Shown here in pieces: positions 13,280 through 24,903 of a stretch of DNA of 64,000 nt (within the stretch, counting starts at the first letter, position 1; the number at the start of each line of letters is the position of its first letter). The translations under genes were made by a program, and so were the position numbers. The stretch lies in assembly GCF_006345805.1 (NCBI RefSeq), contig NC_043004.1:10292001-10356000 (forward strand). The letters run 5' to 3'. The notes beneath the pieces are model-generated. The model made no database searches and was not told the origin of the DNA. It was given only the letters and a program-made list of their open reading frames with translations. This DNA comes from Octopus sinensis (lineage: Eukaryota).

Positions 13280-13949
13280 AGGTGTGTTCTGTTAAGAACG
13301 TATAAGAGTACAAATAGAGCTCGTTCTTCACCCTTAGAATTCCCGAATAGCCGGTAGTATTCTTATGGTACGCTACCAATTCTAGTCTTCCTCGTGTGTG
13401 AAAATATAAAGTAAAAAGTAAAATGTCAAAAGGAAGAGTAAGTACAGGTTTTGGCATCTTTTTAATCCCTGTAAATGTTTCGATACTTACAGATCCTCGT
13501 ATCAAAGAAAAAGCCATGGATGTTGTAGCATGGAAATCTGAATTTACTTACGGAGACAGCAACTGAGTATCACCCGAGGAGATACATATAGATTTTCTTA
13601 TACAGGTAAATCGTAAAATAAATTTAATTTGAACATAACTTTAAATCCTGTACATACGAGGATCTGTATGTATCGAAACATTTGTAACGATTAAAAAGCT
13701 GCCTAACCGTACTTGCTCTTCCTTTTAACTCTTTTACTTTTTAATTTTTATATATTTACACACACACACGCACGCGCGCACACACACACACACACACACA
13801 TACACACACACCACACACACACACATACACCAATATGTAGGGAGAGTTTACGAAAAAACAAACACGAGGACAAGTGGTGAACAAAACAAACAGATATATA
13901 ACGCTCAGGAATAGAAAAAGTCTTTTACGTTTCGAGCCTACGCTATATA

Positions 13950-13995
<46 letters not shown>

Positions 13996-14480
13996 AGGTG
14001 TGTTCTGTTAAGAACGTATAAGAGTACAAATAGAGCTCGTTCTTCACCCTTAGAATTCCCGAATAGCCGGTAGTATTCTTATGGTACACTACCAATTCTA
14101 GTCTTCCTCGTGTGTGAAAATATAAAGTAAAAAGTAAAATGTCAAAAGGAGAGTAAGTACAGGTTTTGGCATCTTTTTAATCCCTGTAAATGTTTCGATA
14201 CTTACAGATCCTCGTATCAAAGAAAAAGCCATGGATGTTGTAGCATGGAAATCTGAATTTACTTACGGAGACAGCAACTGAGTATCACCCGAGGAGATAC
14301 ATATAGATTTTCTTATACAGGTAAATCGTAAAATAAATTTAATTTGAACATAACTTTAAATCCTGTACATACGAGGATCTGTATGTATCGAAACATTTGT
14401 AACGATTAAAAAGCTGCCTAACCGTACTTGCTCTTCCTTTTAACTCTTTTACTTTTTAATTTTTATATATTTACACACAC
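13033..14480. repeat. Direct tandem duplication, unit about 730 bp, bounded by (CA)n
   Basis: caatatgtag occurs at 13101 and 13831. About 2 differences lie outside microsatellites. Each unit holds a truncated hammerhead 3' half (minus strand, 13193-13216) and an inverted repeat of about 100 bp (13402-13503 / 13654-13757). Confidence 0.9.
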
Positions 14481-14555
<75 letters not shown>

Positions 14556-14735
14556 TATATATAAATTTATCTAGCTATCTATCTATCTATATACCCACAC
14601 CTCGGTCATACATGAATATATATATATATATATGCATAAAGATAAGTTCGTGTATGTTTGTGTGTGTGTGAACATATAGATATGAATACGTGCACGAGCA
14701 CCCCTCTCTCCACCCCACCCCCACACACATATGCA

Positions 14736-14926
14736 TAAGAAATAGCTATAACCCTTTGACTGCTATTTCTAAATTCGGTATGTGGTAAGGCAACTCGTTG
14801 CTAAACCCTTATTGCTTAGTATTACTTAAATTTTCCTCGAATGAGGCTTTTACATGCCGAAGACTACTTGGTGTAATTGATAATTTTTCCAAATTAATTA
14901 ATTTCACCCTTCATTATTACGGATTA
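14736..14926 (+). mobile_element. Family F2 single copy
   Basis: Runs taagaaatagc...ttcgg.atgtggtaa...ttaattaattt.accct.cattatt into (TA)n, matching the reverse complement of 10044-10231. Confidence 0.7.
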
Positions 14927-14987
14927 TATATATATTCATATATACATACATATAAATGTATACATATATGTGTATATGTATGTATGT

Positions 14988-15044
<57 letters not shown>

Positions 15045-15071
15045 CATATATATATATGTATGTATGTATAC

Positions 15072-15115
<44 letters not shown>

Positions 15116-15904
15116 CATATATATATATGTATGTATGTATGCATGTATATATGTATAGTTAGATTTAGTCATCTTAAAGTTTAAGCGTAAAATTCCTTAT
15201 AATTTTTTATATTTTGGCATCTTAGTAATTCACGGGCTTAGCGTTGCATTCGAACCTATTAACCTTCTATATATAAGTTGTAAGTTGACGATCATTGTAA
15301 ATTGTAAATCACAAATATCAGTGAAGTTTGAACTGTTCCCATTAACATTCTGCATATATGCTTTCACCTTACTTTAATTATTTCCTATTTTTAATTATCA
15401 GTAATCCAACTTGTCTTATATGGTTAACCAGGTTTAACCCGAGATTTGAATTCACATTTTATTTTATTTTTACGAAAGATTTTAATTTCATTTTCATTCA
15501 CAAAAATGTTTTACTTCACAACTGTTTTCCACTTCTACTTGAGTTGTTTGGTTGTTTTTTCATAAGGTGAGATTGCTACAATGTGTTAAACTTCTCGTTG
15601 AATTAGCTGTTTATTTTTAAGACTGTTTATTGCTTCTTGTTATTTATTCCCCCGTTGGGGGGAATACTTACTATTTGTTCTTAAAAAAAATATGTTGTGC
15701 GGCGATAAGCCTAGTGAAATTGTTGTCGACGTAACTGCCACCATGTCTGATATTGAATCTTGGGTAGAGTACCCAAGACTCTCACCTGGAACCCCAGCAA
15801 GTTCACCCAAGAAAAATAAAAAAGGATCCAGTAAAAGAAAGCATAGTATTGACAAGAATTGTTGACGCACCCAGCGTACAAAACGGCGAAACAGAAAAGA
15901 AAAA

Positions 15905-16160
15905 GGATCTTTTCGGTTTGAACGGCAGTTTTTAACATAATTTCTTGGTAACTAAAAAATTTTAAACTTCGTATACTGGTAGAATGTGTTTATAAAACAT
16001 CTTTTTCTCTTGGCTTTATTGAGAAAATTCTATAGTTTGTAAGATATTTGGCCAAGAGAAAAAGATGTTTTATAAACACATTCTACCAGTATACGAAGTT
16101 TAAAATTTTTTAGTTACCTAGAAATTATGTTAAAAGCTGCCGTTCAAACTGAAAAGATCC
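15905..16160. mobile_element. MITE with TIRs of about 110 bp starting GGATC and an 8-bp TSD (AAGAAAAA); Merlin-like ends
   Basis: TSD at 15897-15904 and 16161-16168, with near-perfect arms. The superfamily is inferred from GG termini plus an 8-bp TSD. Confidence 0.8.
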
Positions 16161-16379
16161 AAGAAAAACTTTGCTATGGCAGCCGGAGGTCGAACCCGGC
16201 AACTTACTACTGAGAAAAAAGAATTAAAGAAACACCAAGAAATGTTACCAAAAGAAGGCAACATTTTGGAAGTTGAACCAGCAGAGAAAATTTTACAAGA
16301 AGAGTAAATGAAAACGTTGATCTACAAATCTTATAATTTGACAAGCCAGCCAAAAGATGGACACGGTGTCGGAAGAGAC

Positions 16380-17021
16380 AGTTATCTTTTTCATACCTCA
16401 CTTCTCTGATTTCTCTTTTGATGTTCTTAAGTTGCACCAGAGTCTCCGCTTTGTTGACATAAACCCTCTCTTTCAGGTACACCCACAAGAAAAACTCCGG
16501 GCTAGTCAAGTCGGGGGTACGTGAAGGCCAGTTGACATTACCATAGCGGGAGATTATTCTCTCCAAAGCACTGCCGTAGCAACAGCCTTGTTTCTCTTGC
16601 GTTATGAGACGTTGGTCCATCTGGCTGGAACCATGTGCGAAGTCTACTTTGAATGGCCGGGCGCAAAAATATCTCAATCATGGATACCTGAGAGAGGGGG
16701 TTTACGTCAACAAACTGGAGACCCTGGTGCAACTGAATGAGAACATCAATAGAGAAATCAGAGAAGCAAGTCTGAAACTCTTGAGAGTGTTATGGTTCAA
16801 GTTTTGGAAAGAACACGGGCGTGCGAAACCGAAAATGGCTGCCATTTAAGCGATGTAATTTTTCGTATGCTATGTAGGAGTGTTGGAAAATTTGACTTGT
16901 GCATATTCATTTCCATTATGTCCTTTATATTGTATATTATATCAAAATATCATGCATTTATTTGTAAAGTTAAGGAAGTGATTAAAACTTGAAACCCATA
17001 AGTGAATTTTGGGACACCCAG
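16380..17021. mobile_element. Rearranged Tc1/mariner transposase remnant with 3' TIR
   Basis: Minus strand: WFQPDG...WPSRTPDLTSPEFFLWVYLKERVY. Plus strand: GYLREGVYVNK...NGCHLSDVIF, ending ttttgggacacccag|TA. Confidence 0.85.
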
Positions 17022-17034
17022 TATAATATGTGTG

Positions 17035-17270
17035 TGTGTCAGTGAGACTCTGTGTGTCTTTGTGTCAGTGTTTTTCTTCTCATCACCGCTTAACAACCGG
17101 CGTTGGTAGGTTTACGTCCTTGGAACCAGGCGGTGCGGCAAAAGAGAGTGATAGAATAAGTGCTAGGCTTTAAAAAAGCCCTGGGGTCGATTTGTTCGAC
17201 CAAAACTCTTCAGGGCGGTGCCCCAGTATGGCCGCAGTCAAATGACTGAAACCAGTAAAAGAGTAAAAGA
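17035..17270 (+). mobile_element. SINE family A, 3' half
   Basis: cgcttaacaaccg...ggggtcgatttg...tatggccgcagtcaaatgactgaaac. Confidence 0.8.
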
Positions 17271-17864
17271 ATACACACACACATGCATACATATATGTGT
17301 GCATGTGTGCGTTTACTCACACGCATGCTCACATTTCCTATTATATCTTTCGACATATAATTGTATCATATACGAACGGTTCCTCCACAAGTGGTGTTAC
17401 AAGGGTGATAATAAACTCTATATAATATTCGGTGGGATCAAAAATTCGTCTTCGAAATAAAGGAATTATATGAAAAAATATGCATAGAATTCAAATATTT
17501 AATATGTTGAATTGTTTATATATTAAGAGGTGCACAAAATTTCCAGTCGGTCAGACTGTATTACATATTCTTCAAACCAATGAATAAGATCTCCCTCTTA
17601 AATAAAATTCATTTGCACTCTTGTTTTAGTTAAGAATAAGTGCATATGGCGATCCACACAAAATAGGTTCAGCTTGATTTTTGTATAAGTCTACATCAAA
17701 ATATTTACAAAAAAATCTCAGTTGTCATTGGACCGTTTAAACATACATTGACATCCATTCACTATTCCTAACTGATAAACCAATGAAAAAATTCGATGGA
17801 TAATTACTCAATCATTGCCGATGTGCTTCATTATACATTGTAATACTTTGTGAGGGCGAGTGCT

Positions 17865-18150
17865 TATGTGATGAGGGCGTTTCACTCAGGATCACAAGAT
17901 CTTAGTTTCAATTCCTGGAGCTGAGGATACGCTGTGTTTTGGAGCAAAGTTGCTTAAGTTGTTCTGCGATTACTTTCAGCATCTGACATGACAATCCATG
18001 CATTTGTACCGGTAATATCGATATGATGATGAAAATGAGCTAATGTACACCAAACACATTTAATCCCTATAACCAAAACATCTGCAGAAATTGTTCAGCA
18101 AGAAGATGCGGAACCCTCGTCGTTGATTTACGACAGGAGAGTTCATATTA
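17865..18150 (+). mobile_element. Degenerate tRNA-derived SINE (family C/D)
   Basis: tRNA-like head, and tail ggaaccctcgtcgt..acgac.ggag shared with 63276-63661. Confidence 0.55.
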
Positions 18151-18883
18151 ATTCCTTAATATGCAAAATGGAACCGTAGGGTTTAATTTACTCCAGAAGA
18201 CATTTTTACTTGAGAAAACGTTTAGTGGGGTGAAAACTTGAATAACTTAATTAAATGCTATACAGCTACACACACACACAGACACACACATTCGCGCGAG
18301 CACACACAACACACTCACACACGCACGAAACACACGCGCACGCACATTCTAAAAACACACATGTATATGTATGTTCATAGTTATGTATGTACGTATCTAT
18401 GTTTATATACATATCTGAGCACACAAGCACACACATATATGTGTGTGCGTGCGTGTTTGTGTGTGTATGTGTGCATTTCTGTGTGCGTCAGTATTTGTGT
18501 GTGTGTATGTGTGTGTGTGCCTTTTGTGTTTGTGACTGCATGCATTATGTACGCTAACAAGCCGGCAAGACTGTCTGAAACTCTCGAGGTTTGTAAATAT
18601 GTTGTTGAGTTAGTGGTGCATACATAGTGGTGCATACATACTGCACTTAGTTTCATAGTGAACGTCTCTTATAAGTACTTACGTGCTTCTGGGTTTGTTT
18701 GTGTGTTTGTGTGCGCGTGATTGTTTTTTACATATGTATCTATGCATGTATGTTCTGTTGTTTCCGGGGAGAATCATTTTTTTTTGTGCCGTATAATTTA
18801 ACACACTCACCGGTAAAATTTCTACTTATTTCATATTTTTATTTTCCTAAAATTTTCGTTCCGTCTTGCAATATTTTCAATAG

Positions 18884-18902
18884 TCTTATGGAAATTTTAC
18901 CT
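18884..18902 (+). CDS. Candidate 19-nt microexon SYGNFT(C), matching the Ig F-strand motif
   Basis: ttttcgttccgtcttgcaatattttcaatag | tcttatggaaattttacct | gtgagt. Confidence 0.3.
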
Positions 18903-19377
18903 GTGAGTGTGTTAAATTATAAGGCACAAAAAGAAAGTAACTCTCCCCAGACACAACAGAATATGCTTCAACGCACGAACTCACATAAAGAATCCAAAAA
19001 CATGTATGTTCTCTTCTACGTTTAAATTATTTGAAATCTTCCAATAAAGAACGAGCTGGTTATTAACAAAGAAACAATACCCAATCGTTGGAATGTAGAT
19101 AAGAAGAAGGCCAAAACAAAACAACAACGAAAAAGAAAATACAAAACAACATCACATTTCGAACTTGACTAAAGTCTTGCATATTTTTACTGCTCCGCTT
19201 ACTTATTATATTTGTAATGTGCTTGTTAGCTGATTGATTTCTCTCTCTGAAAACCGCAACCTTTCCTGATTGTCACTTAGGCTTTTAATCACAAAACCAA
19301 GCGCACTAATTATCATTGGTATAATTGTGAATTCATAGTATAGGCAGAGAAGCAGAAGATTTCGCAGCGTTTGCTCT

Positions 19378-19409
<32 letters not shown>

Positions 19410-19474
19410 TGCATGTATGTATGTATGTATGTATGTATGTATGTATGTATGTATGTATGTATGTATGTATGTAT

Positions 19475-19688
19475 CGTCTAATTTTTAATTATAAATCTTC
19501 CACTCACATGGGAACCGATTTCCAACAAAGATACAAGTCTCCATCTTTGAGATGTAGTTAACGCAGACAAATTCCTATTTGGAACTTGAGAAAAGTCTTG
19601 TATATTTTTACTGTTCCACTCACAGATTGCACGTGTAATGTACAAATTAGCCAGACGATTTCTCTTTCTAAAAATCCCAGTTTATCCT
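19475..19688 (-). mobile_element. R4/Dong-like RLE LINE 3' end, family X (duplicate at 20036-20249)
   Basis: Minus translation DKLGFLEREIVWLICTLHVQSVSGTVKIYKTFLKF* is homologous to the 33.3-33.5 kb fragment. The 3' end runs into (CATA)n. Confidence 0.7.
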
Positions 19689-19763
19689 ATGTATGTATGT
19701 ATGTATGTATGTATGTATGTATGTATGTATGTATGTATGTATGTATGTATGTATGTATGTATG

Positions 19764-19879
19764 TCATTATTCCTTTTTATTTAAAGGTTTATTGCCAATA
19801 GAGAAACAGCCGTTTTCTAACCTAGATCCAAGGTTCGTTCATTGGAATTTCAACATCGGCAACAGGGTACATTTGAATG
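19764..19879 (-). mobile_element. R4/Dong-like LINE 3' UTR, family Y (duplicate at 20309-20424)
   Basis: gatgttgaaattccaatgaa...ctaggttagaaa...aatga(cata)n matches 33148-33245. Confidence 0.75.
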
Positions 19880-20654
19880 TATGTATGTATGTATGTAGTA
19901 TGTATGTATTATGTATGTATGTATGTATGTATTTATGTGTGTATGTATGTATGTATATGTATGTATGTATGATGTATGTATGTATGTATGTATGTTGTAT
20001 GTATGTATGTATGTATGTATTATGTATGTATGTATCGTCTAATTTTTAATTATAAATCTTCCACTCACATGGGAACCGATTTCCAACAAAGATACAAGTC
20101 TCCATCTTTGAGATGTAGTTAACGCAGACAAATTCCTATTTGGAACTTGAGAAAAGTCTTGTATATTTTTACTGTTCCACTCACAGATTGCACGTGTAAT
20201 GTACAATTAGCCAGACGATTTCTCTTTCTAAAAATCCCAGTTTATCCTATGTATGTATGTATGTATGTATGTATGGTATGTATGTATGTAGGTATGTATG
20301 TATGTATGTCATTATTCCTTTTTATTTAAAGGTTTATTGCCAATAGAGAAACAGCCGTTTTCTAACCTAGATCCAAGGTTCGTTCATTGGAATTTCAACA
20401 TCGGCAACAGGGTACATTTGAATGTATGTATGTATGTATGTATGTATGTATGTATGTATGTATGTATGTATGTATGTATGTATGTATGTATGTATGTATG
20501 TATGTATGTATGTATGCATGCATGTATATATGTATGTATGTTTGTATTGTAGACATATGCATGCATGCGTGTGTGTGCACAAGCTATTATATGCATTCGT
20601 TTGCTCTTCTCTCCTGTGTTAATCTTTCGTTGTTTTTACTACCGGAAAAATGTA

Positions 20655-20674
20655 ACTACTACTACTACTACTAC

Positions 20675-20739
<65 letters not shown>

Positions 20740-20816
20740 TTGCCGCTACTACTACTTCTGCCTTCACTGCCGCCTCTAGTGTTATTTTCCTCCTCCTCCT
20801 CCAGCTCCTCCTCCAT

Positions 20817-20847
<31 letters not shown>

Positions 20848-21100
20848 CACCACCACCACCACCACCACCACCACCACCACTATTACTACTACTACTACTC
20901 CTGCTGCTGCGACTGCTGCTGCTATTACTACTACTCATTTTTCTACTTCTTTACAATGTTTATCATCGCCATCATTGCATTGTCAACACCACCACCACCA
21001 CCACCACCACCACCATCATCATCATCATTATCATCATCATCGTCTCTCCCTTCTTGTCCTTCTTCACCACCTCCTCTTCCTCATTCGTCCACCCCCCATC
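20655..21100. repeat. Compound trinucleotide low-complexity tract (TAC/TGC/CCA/CAT)
   Basis: Directly visible. Confidence 0.9.
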
Positions 21101-21359
21101 CAATCTTCACATTATATGTTTCACTTTTTCTCGTCTTTCTTTCATAAATCCAACATCTTTTCATAAGTCCAACATCTTTCATAAGTCCAACATCTTTTTT
21201 TTTCTTTTTTTGGCCCCGTGATTTGTGTTTATTTTTGTTTTCATACATTCTCACAGTATTTCTCTGCAATCCTTATATTCATTCTTCTTATTTCTTTAGT
21301 CTTTAAGAAAAGAGAAATACATTTGAGTCTTTTGTATTTCATACATACATATATATATA

Positions 21360-21399
<40 letters not shown>

Positions 21400-21869
21400 T
21401 TACGGAAGTGCATCCTTCTTTTCGATTGTTTTTCATCGCTTTCGCTATTACTGTTGTTATATTACACACGGTGAAATGATTCATCAAAGACTGCTTTCTT
21501 CTCAAGGCACAGTTTGTAGGCATCTTTCTGTGTTTCTACAGCCAGCTCTGTTCCGTTAGATCTTCGATGACGTAGTCATCGTATTCGCCTCGCGTCGTTT
21601 CGTTCCGTATCGTCCTGACTACTAATCACATCAATTTAATCAACCACGCCACGTCAGCGGACAACATGGAAGATTAACTGGAAGCCAAACTTGAACTGAT
21701 AAACGCAATGTAACACGTCTTTATGTCTTCATTGAACTTAACAACTACACTGCTTCTTTTTATTTTGATTTTATTTTGTCTGTTGTTGTTGTTGTTTTGT
21801 ACTTTCTCTTTCATGAAAACGTTTAATAATGCTTGAGGGAATAATGAAGATTGAAGGGAAAACAGATAG

Positions 21870-22450
21870 ATTGACAGATGGCTAGATCGAGAGAAAAGTA
21901 GAGAGAGAGAAAGAGAAACAGAGAGAGTGCGTGAAGAGGGCGTAAAATATTAACGAACTAATAGAAAAAGGGAGAAAGCGAGTGATGATGAAGGCATATA
22001 GAAGAGAGAAACTAAGGGATAGAAAGAGAAGGGGCAACACTTCGCGAAAGAGATAGGGATCACTTTGAGAAGAGGGGCATAAAATAAAAAAAAAATAAAA
22101 CGTGAGAAAATGTTATGTGTTTGGGAAGGAGAGATTAAGATTGTAATGTAGAGAGAAAGAAATAGAAAGGCGGAAAGAATGAAGGGCGGGAAAAGAAATA
22201 GAGAAGATGAAGGCAAGAAACAGAAAAGAGAGAGAGAGAGAGAGTGAGAGAGAGAGAGAGAGTGAGAGAGAGAGCAAGAGAGAGAGAATAGAGAGAGCAG
22301 ATAGATAAACAGTAGATGGAGAGGAGAGAAAGGTAGAGAGAGGAGTAGAGAGAGAGAGAGAGAGAGGGGAGAGAAGTGAGAGGTTTAGACAGGACAGAAA
22401 GAGAGCGTAAATTAGAAAGGATTATAAGGAAAGAGACAAGGTGGAGAAGA
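21870..22450. repeat. GA-rich polypurine tract
   Basis: Directly visible. Confidence 0.85.
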
Positions 22451-22461
22451 GTTGGGGGCCA

Positions 22462-23148
22462 GTCAATTAGATCGACCCCGAAAGGATGAAAGGCAAAGTC
22501 GACATCGGCGGAATTTGAACTCAGAACATAAAGACAGACGAAATACCTATTTCTTTACTACCCACAAGGGACTAAACACAGAGAGGACAAACAAGGACAG
22601 ACAAACGGATTAAGTCGATTACATTGACCCCAGTGCATAACTGGTACGTATTTAATCGACCCCGAAAGGATGAAAGGCAAAGTCGACCTCGGCGGAATTT
22701 GAACTCAGAACATAAAGACAGACGAAATACCTATTTCTTTACTACCCACAAGGGGCTAAACACAGAGTGGACAAACAAGGACAGACAAACGGATTAAGCC
22801 GATTACATTGACCCCAGTGCATAACTGGTACGTATTTAATCGACCCAGAAAGGATGAAAAGCAAATTCGACCTCGGCGGAATTTGAACTCAGAACGTAAA
22901 GACAGACGAAATACCTATTTCTTTACTACCCAAAAGGGGCTAAACACAGAGAGGACAAACAAGGACAGAAAAACGGATTAAGTCGATTATATCGATCCCA
23001 GTGCGTAACTGGTACTTATTTAAGCGACCCCGAAAGGATGAAAGGCAAAGTCGACCTCGGCGGAATTTGAACTCAGAACGTAACGGCAGACGAAATACCT
23101 TTAAGCATTTCACCCGGCGTACTAACGATTCTGCCAGCTCGCCACCTT
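22462..23148 (-). mobile_element. SINE family B tetramer, 184-bp period, single head
   Basis: gacgaaatac occurs at 22537, 22721, 22905 and 23089. The A-box head is present only at 23100-23148. Confidence 0.92.
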
Positions 23149-24388
23149 AATGTAATTACAATTAACTAATTGACTCCTTTGTATAATAATAACTGCTTCA
23201 TATACTAACTTCTTTATACTATATCCCCTCTAACATCGAATTCCGTATTATACTGTATCTCTTATAAATGATTTCCCTGCATACCGACTTCCTGAGTATG
23301 TTGTACTCATTGCTATACTAACCTAATGCGTCGCTTTTGATTTGTTGGTGAAAGCAGTTCCGCTAAATGCATCGCTAATGCCCTTTCACGAAAGGCATTA
23401 CTTAATGCCACGCATCCATTTTTCCTTTCTGTAATACATTCAAGTTAATAACTCAAAAGAAATCAACACATTAACAAATACACACGCACTTAAATACATA
23501 CATCGCATAAGCTCTCGTACATAGCTGCATATAGAAACATGTTAGTGAGTCAGTAAGCCTGAATGCTTACGTGTGTGCATGCATCCGTGTGTGTGCGTGT
23601 GTGTGAGGAGCAAATACAGACGGGGTCGATTTAGCCATTCATCTCTCTGGGGGTTGATAAATTAGCTATAAGTCAAATACTGCGATCGATGCCGGCAACA
23701 CATTTATCCAGTTAATATTTATGGCCTTCTGCCAAAAGTGAAAATCATTGTTATTAGAGAAATGCTGCGTTACCAAACCCAGGGTCTTTGAATACGCTTC
23801 TTTCTACATTCCTGTCAATAACGTCTGTTAGTTCCTACCTCGAAGCTTTTCTAAAGTTATGTGGACATTTTAGCTGGATCGTTTGAGCGAAGGACAAAAT
23901 GATTTGTGCTAGATACGTTTCTTTGCGTTCTGAGTTCAAATTCCACAGAGGTCAACTTTGCTTTTCATTCTTCCGGGGTCGATCAAATACAGTACGCCTA
24001 TACTCGTTTGCCACATGTGTTTGCTTAAAAAAATTACAACACCGTGTTAAATGAATCAGTGGTATCAGCGATAATGAATAATAGAACATATGGCAAAAAT
24101 GGGCTTTGTCCCGAAACCCAAAGTTGTCTTGAGCATTGTGGATGGTCGCTGCGGCGCGGTTATGTAGTGTAAGCAGAATACTTGATTGCTGACGCGTGAT
24201 ATGACAAACCAGTTCGTGACAAGCGTAACACGATACACAAATAACGTATCAGTGATGAATGAATCAGATTTGACACAAGATGAACTAATGAAATACTGGA
24301 GTCTATGTAATCGATTAACGCTCTCACTACAAAATTCTGGCCTTGAGCCAACTTTGGAAATTTCTAAAAATGTTTACTAACAATTTAG

Positions 24389-24394
24389 ATTGAC
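24389..24394 (+). other. Candidate 6-nt microexon ATTGAC
   Basis: TACTAAC-aatttAG | attgac | GTAAGT: a consensus branch point and a consensus donor. Confidence 0.3.
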
Positions 24395-24419
24395 GTAAGT
24401 ATATTGTTTGACTGGTATA

Positions 24420-24634
24420 CAATATTCCCTCGACTATCGCGGGTGTTACGTTCCAAAACCTCCCACAGAAATAATTAGAATCTAAAAAATATATATAAAT
24501 ATCTATCGGCCGCAGAAAACCGCGATATAAATTTACATAACCAGAAAACTCTGCGATGTATTGGGTGCATGATGCGTGAACCGCGATGTACTGAATGCGC
24601 AACAGGTGAACTGCGATATGGTGAATGATTACTG
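24420..24634. mobile_element. Tigger/pogo-type MITE
   Basis: TA|caatattccctcgactatcgcgg ... ctgcgatatggtgaatgattactg|TA. Confidence 0.7.
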
Positions 24635-24852
24635 TACTCTTTTATCCAGCACAGAAGGATAAAAGATAAAAATTACCGTGACAAGATTTGAACTTAGAAC
24701 GTAAGAAAACGTAACTAAATAGCGAAAGTATTTTGTCCGACATTTTATCGAGTCTGCCAAACTCTAGAAAGATTTCGAGGGGTTTGTACATGACACGCAC
24801 ACACCACACACACACACACACACATGCACACACACACATATATATATATATT

Positions 24853-24885
<33 letters not shown>

Positions 24886-24903
24886 GTATTTATATATGTA
24901 TAT

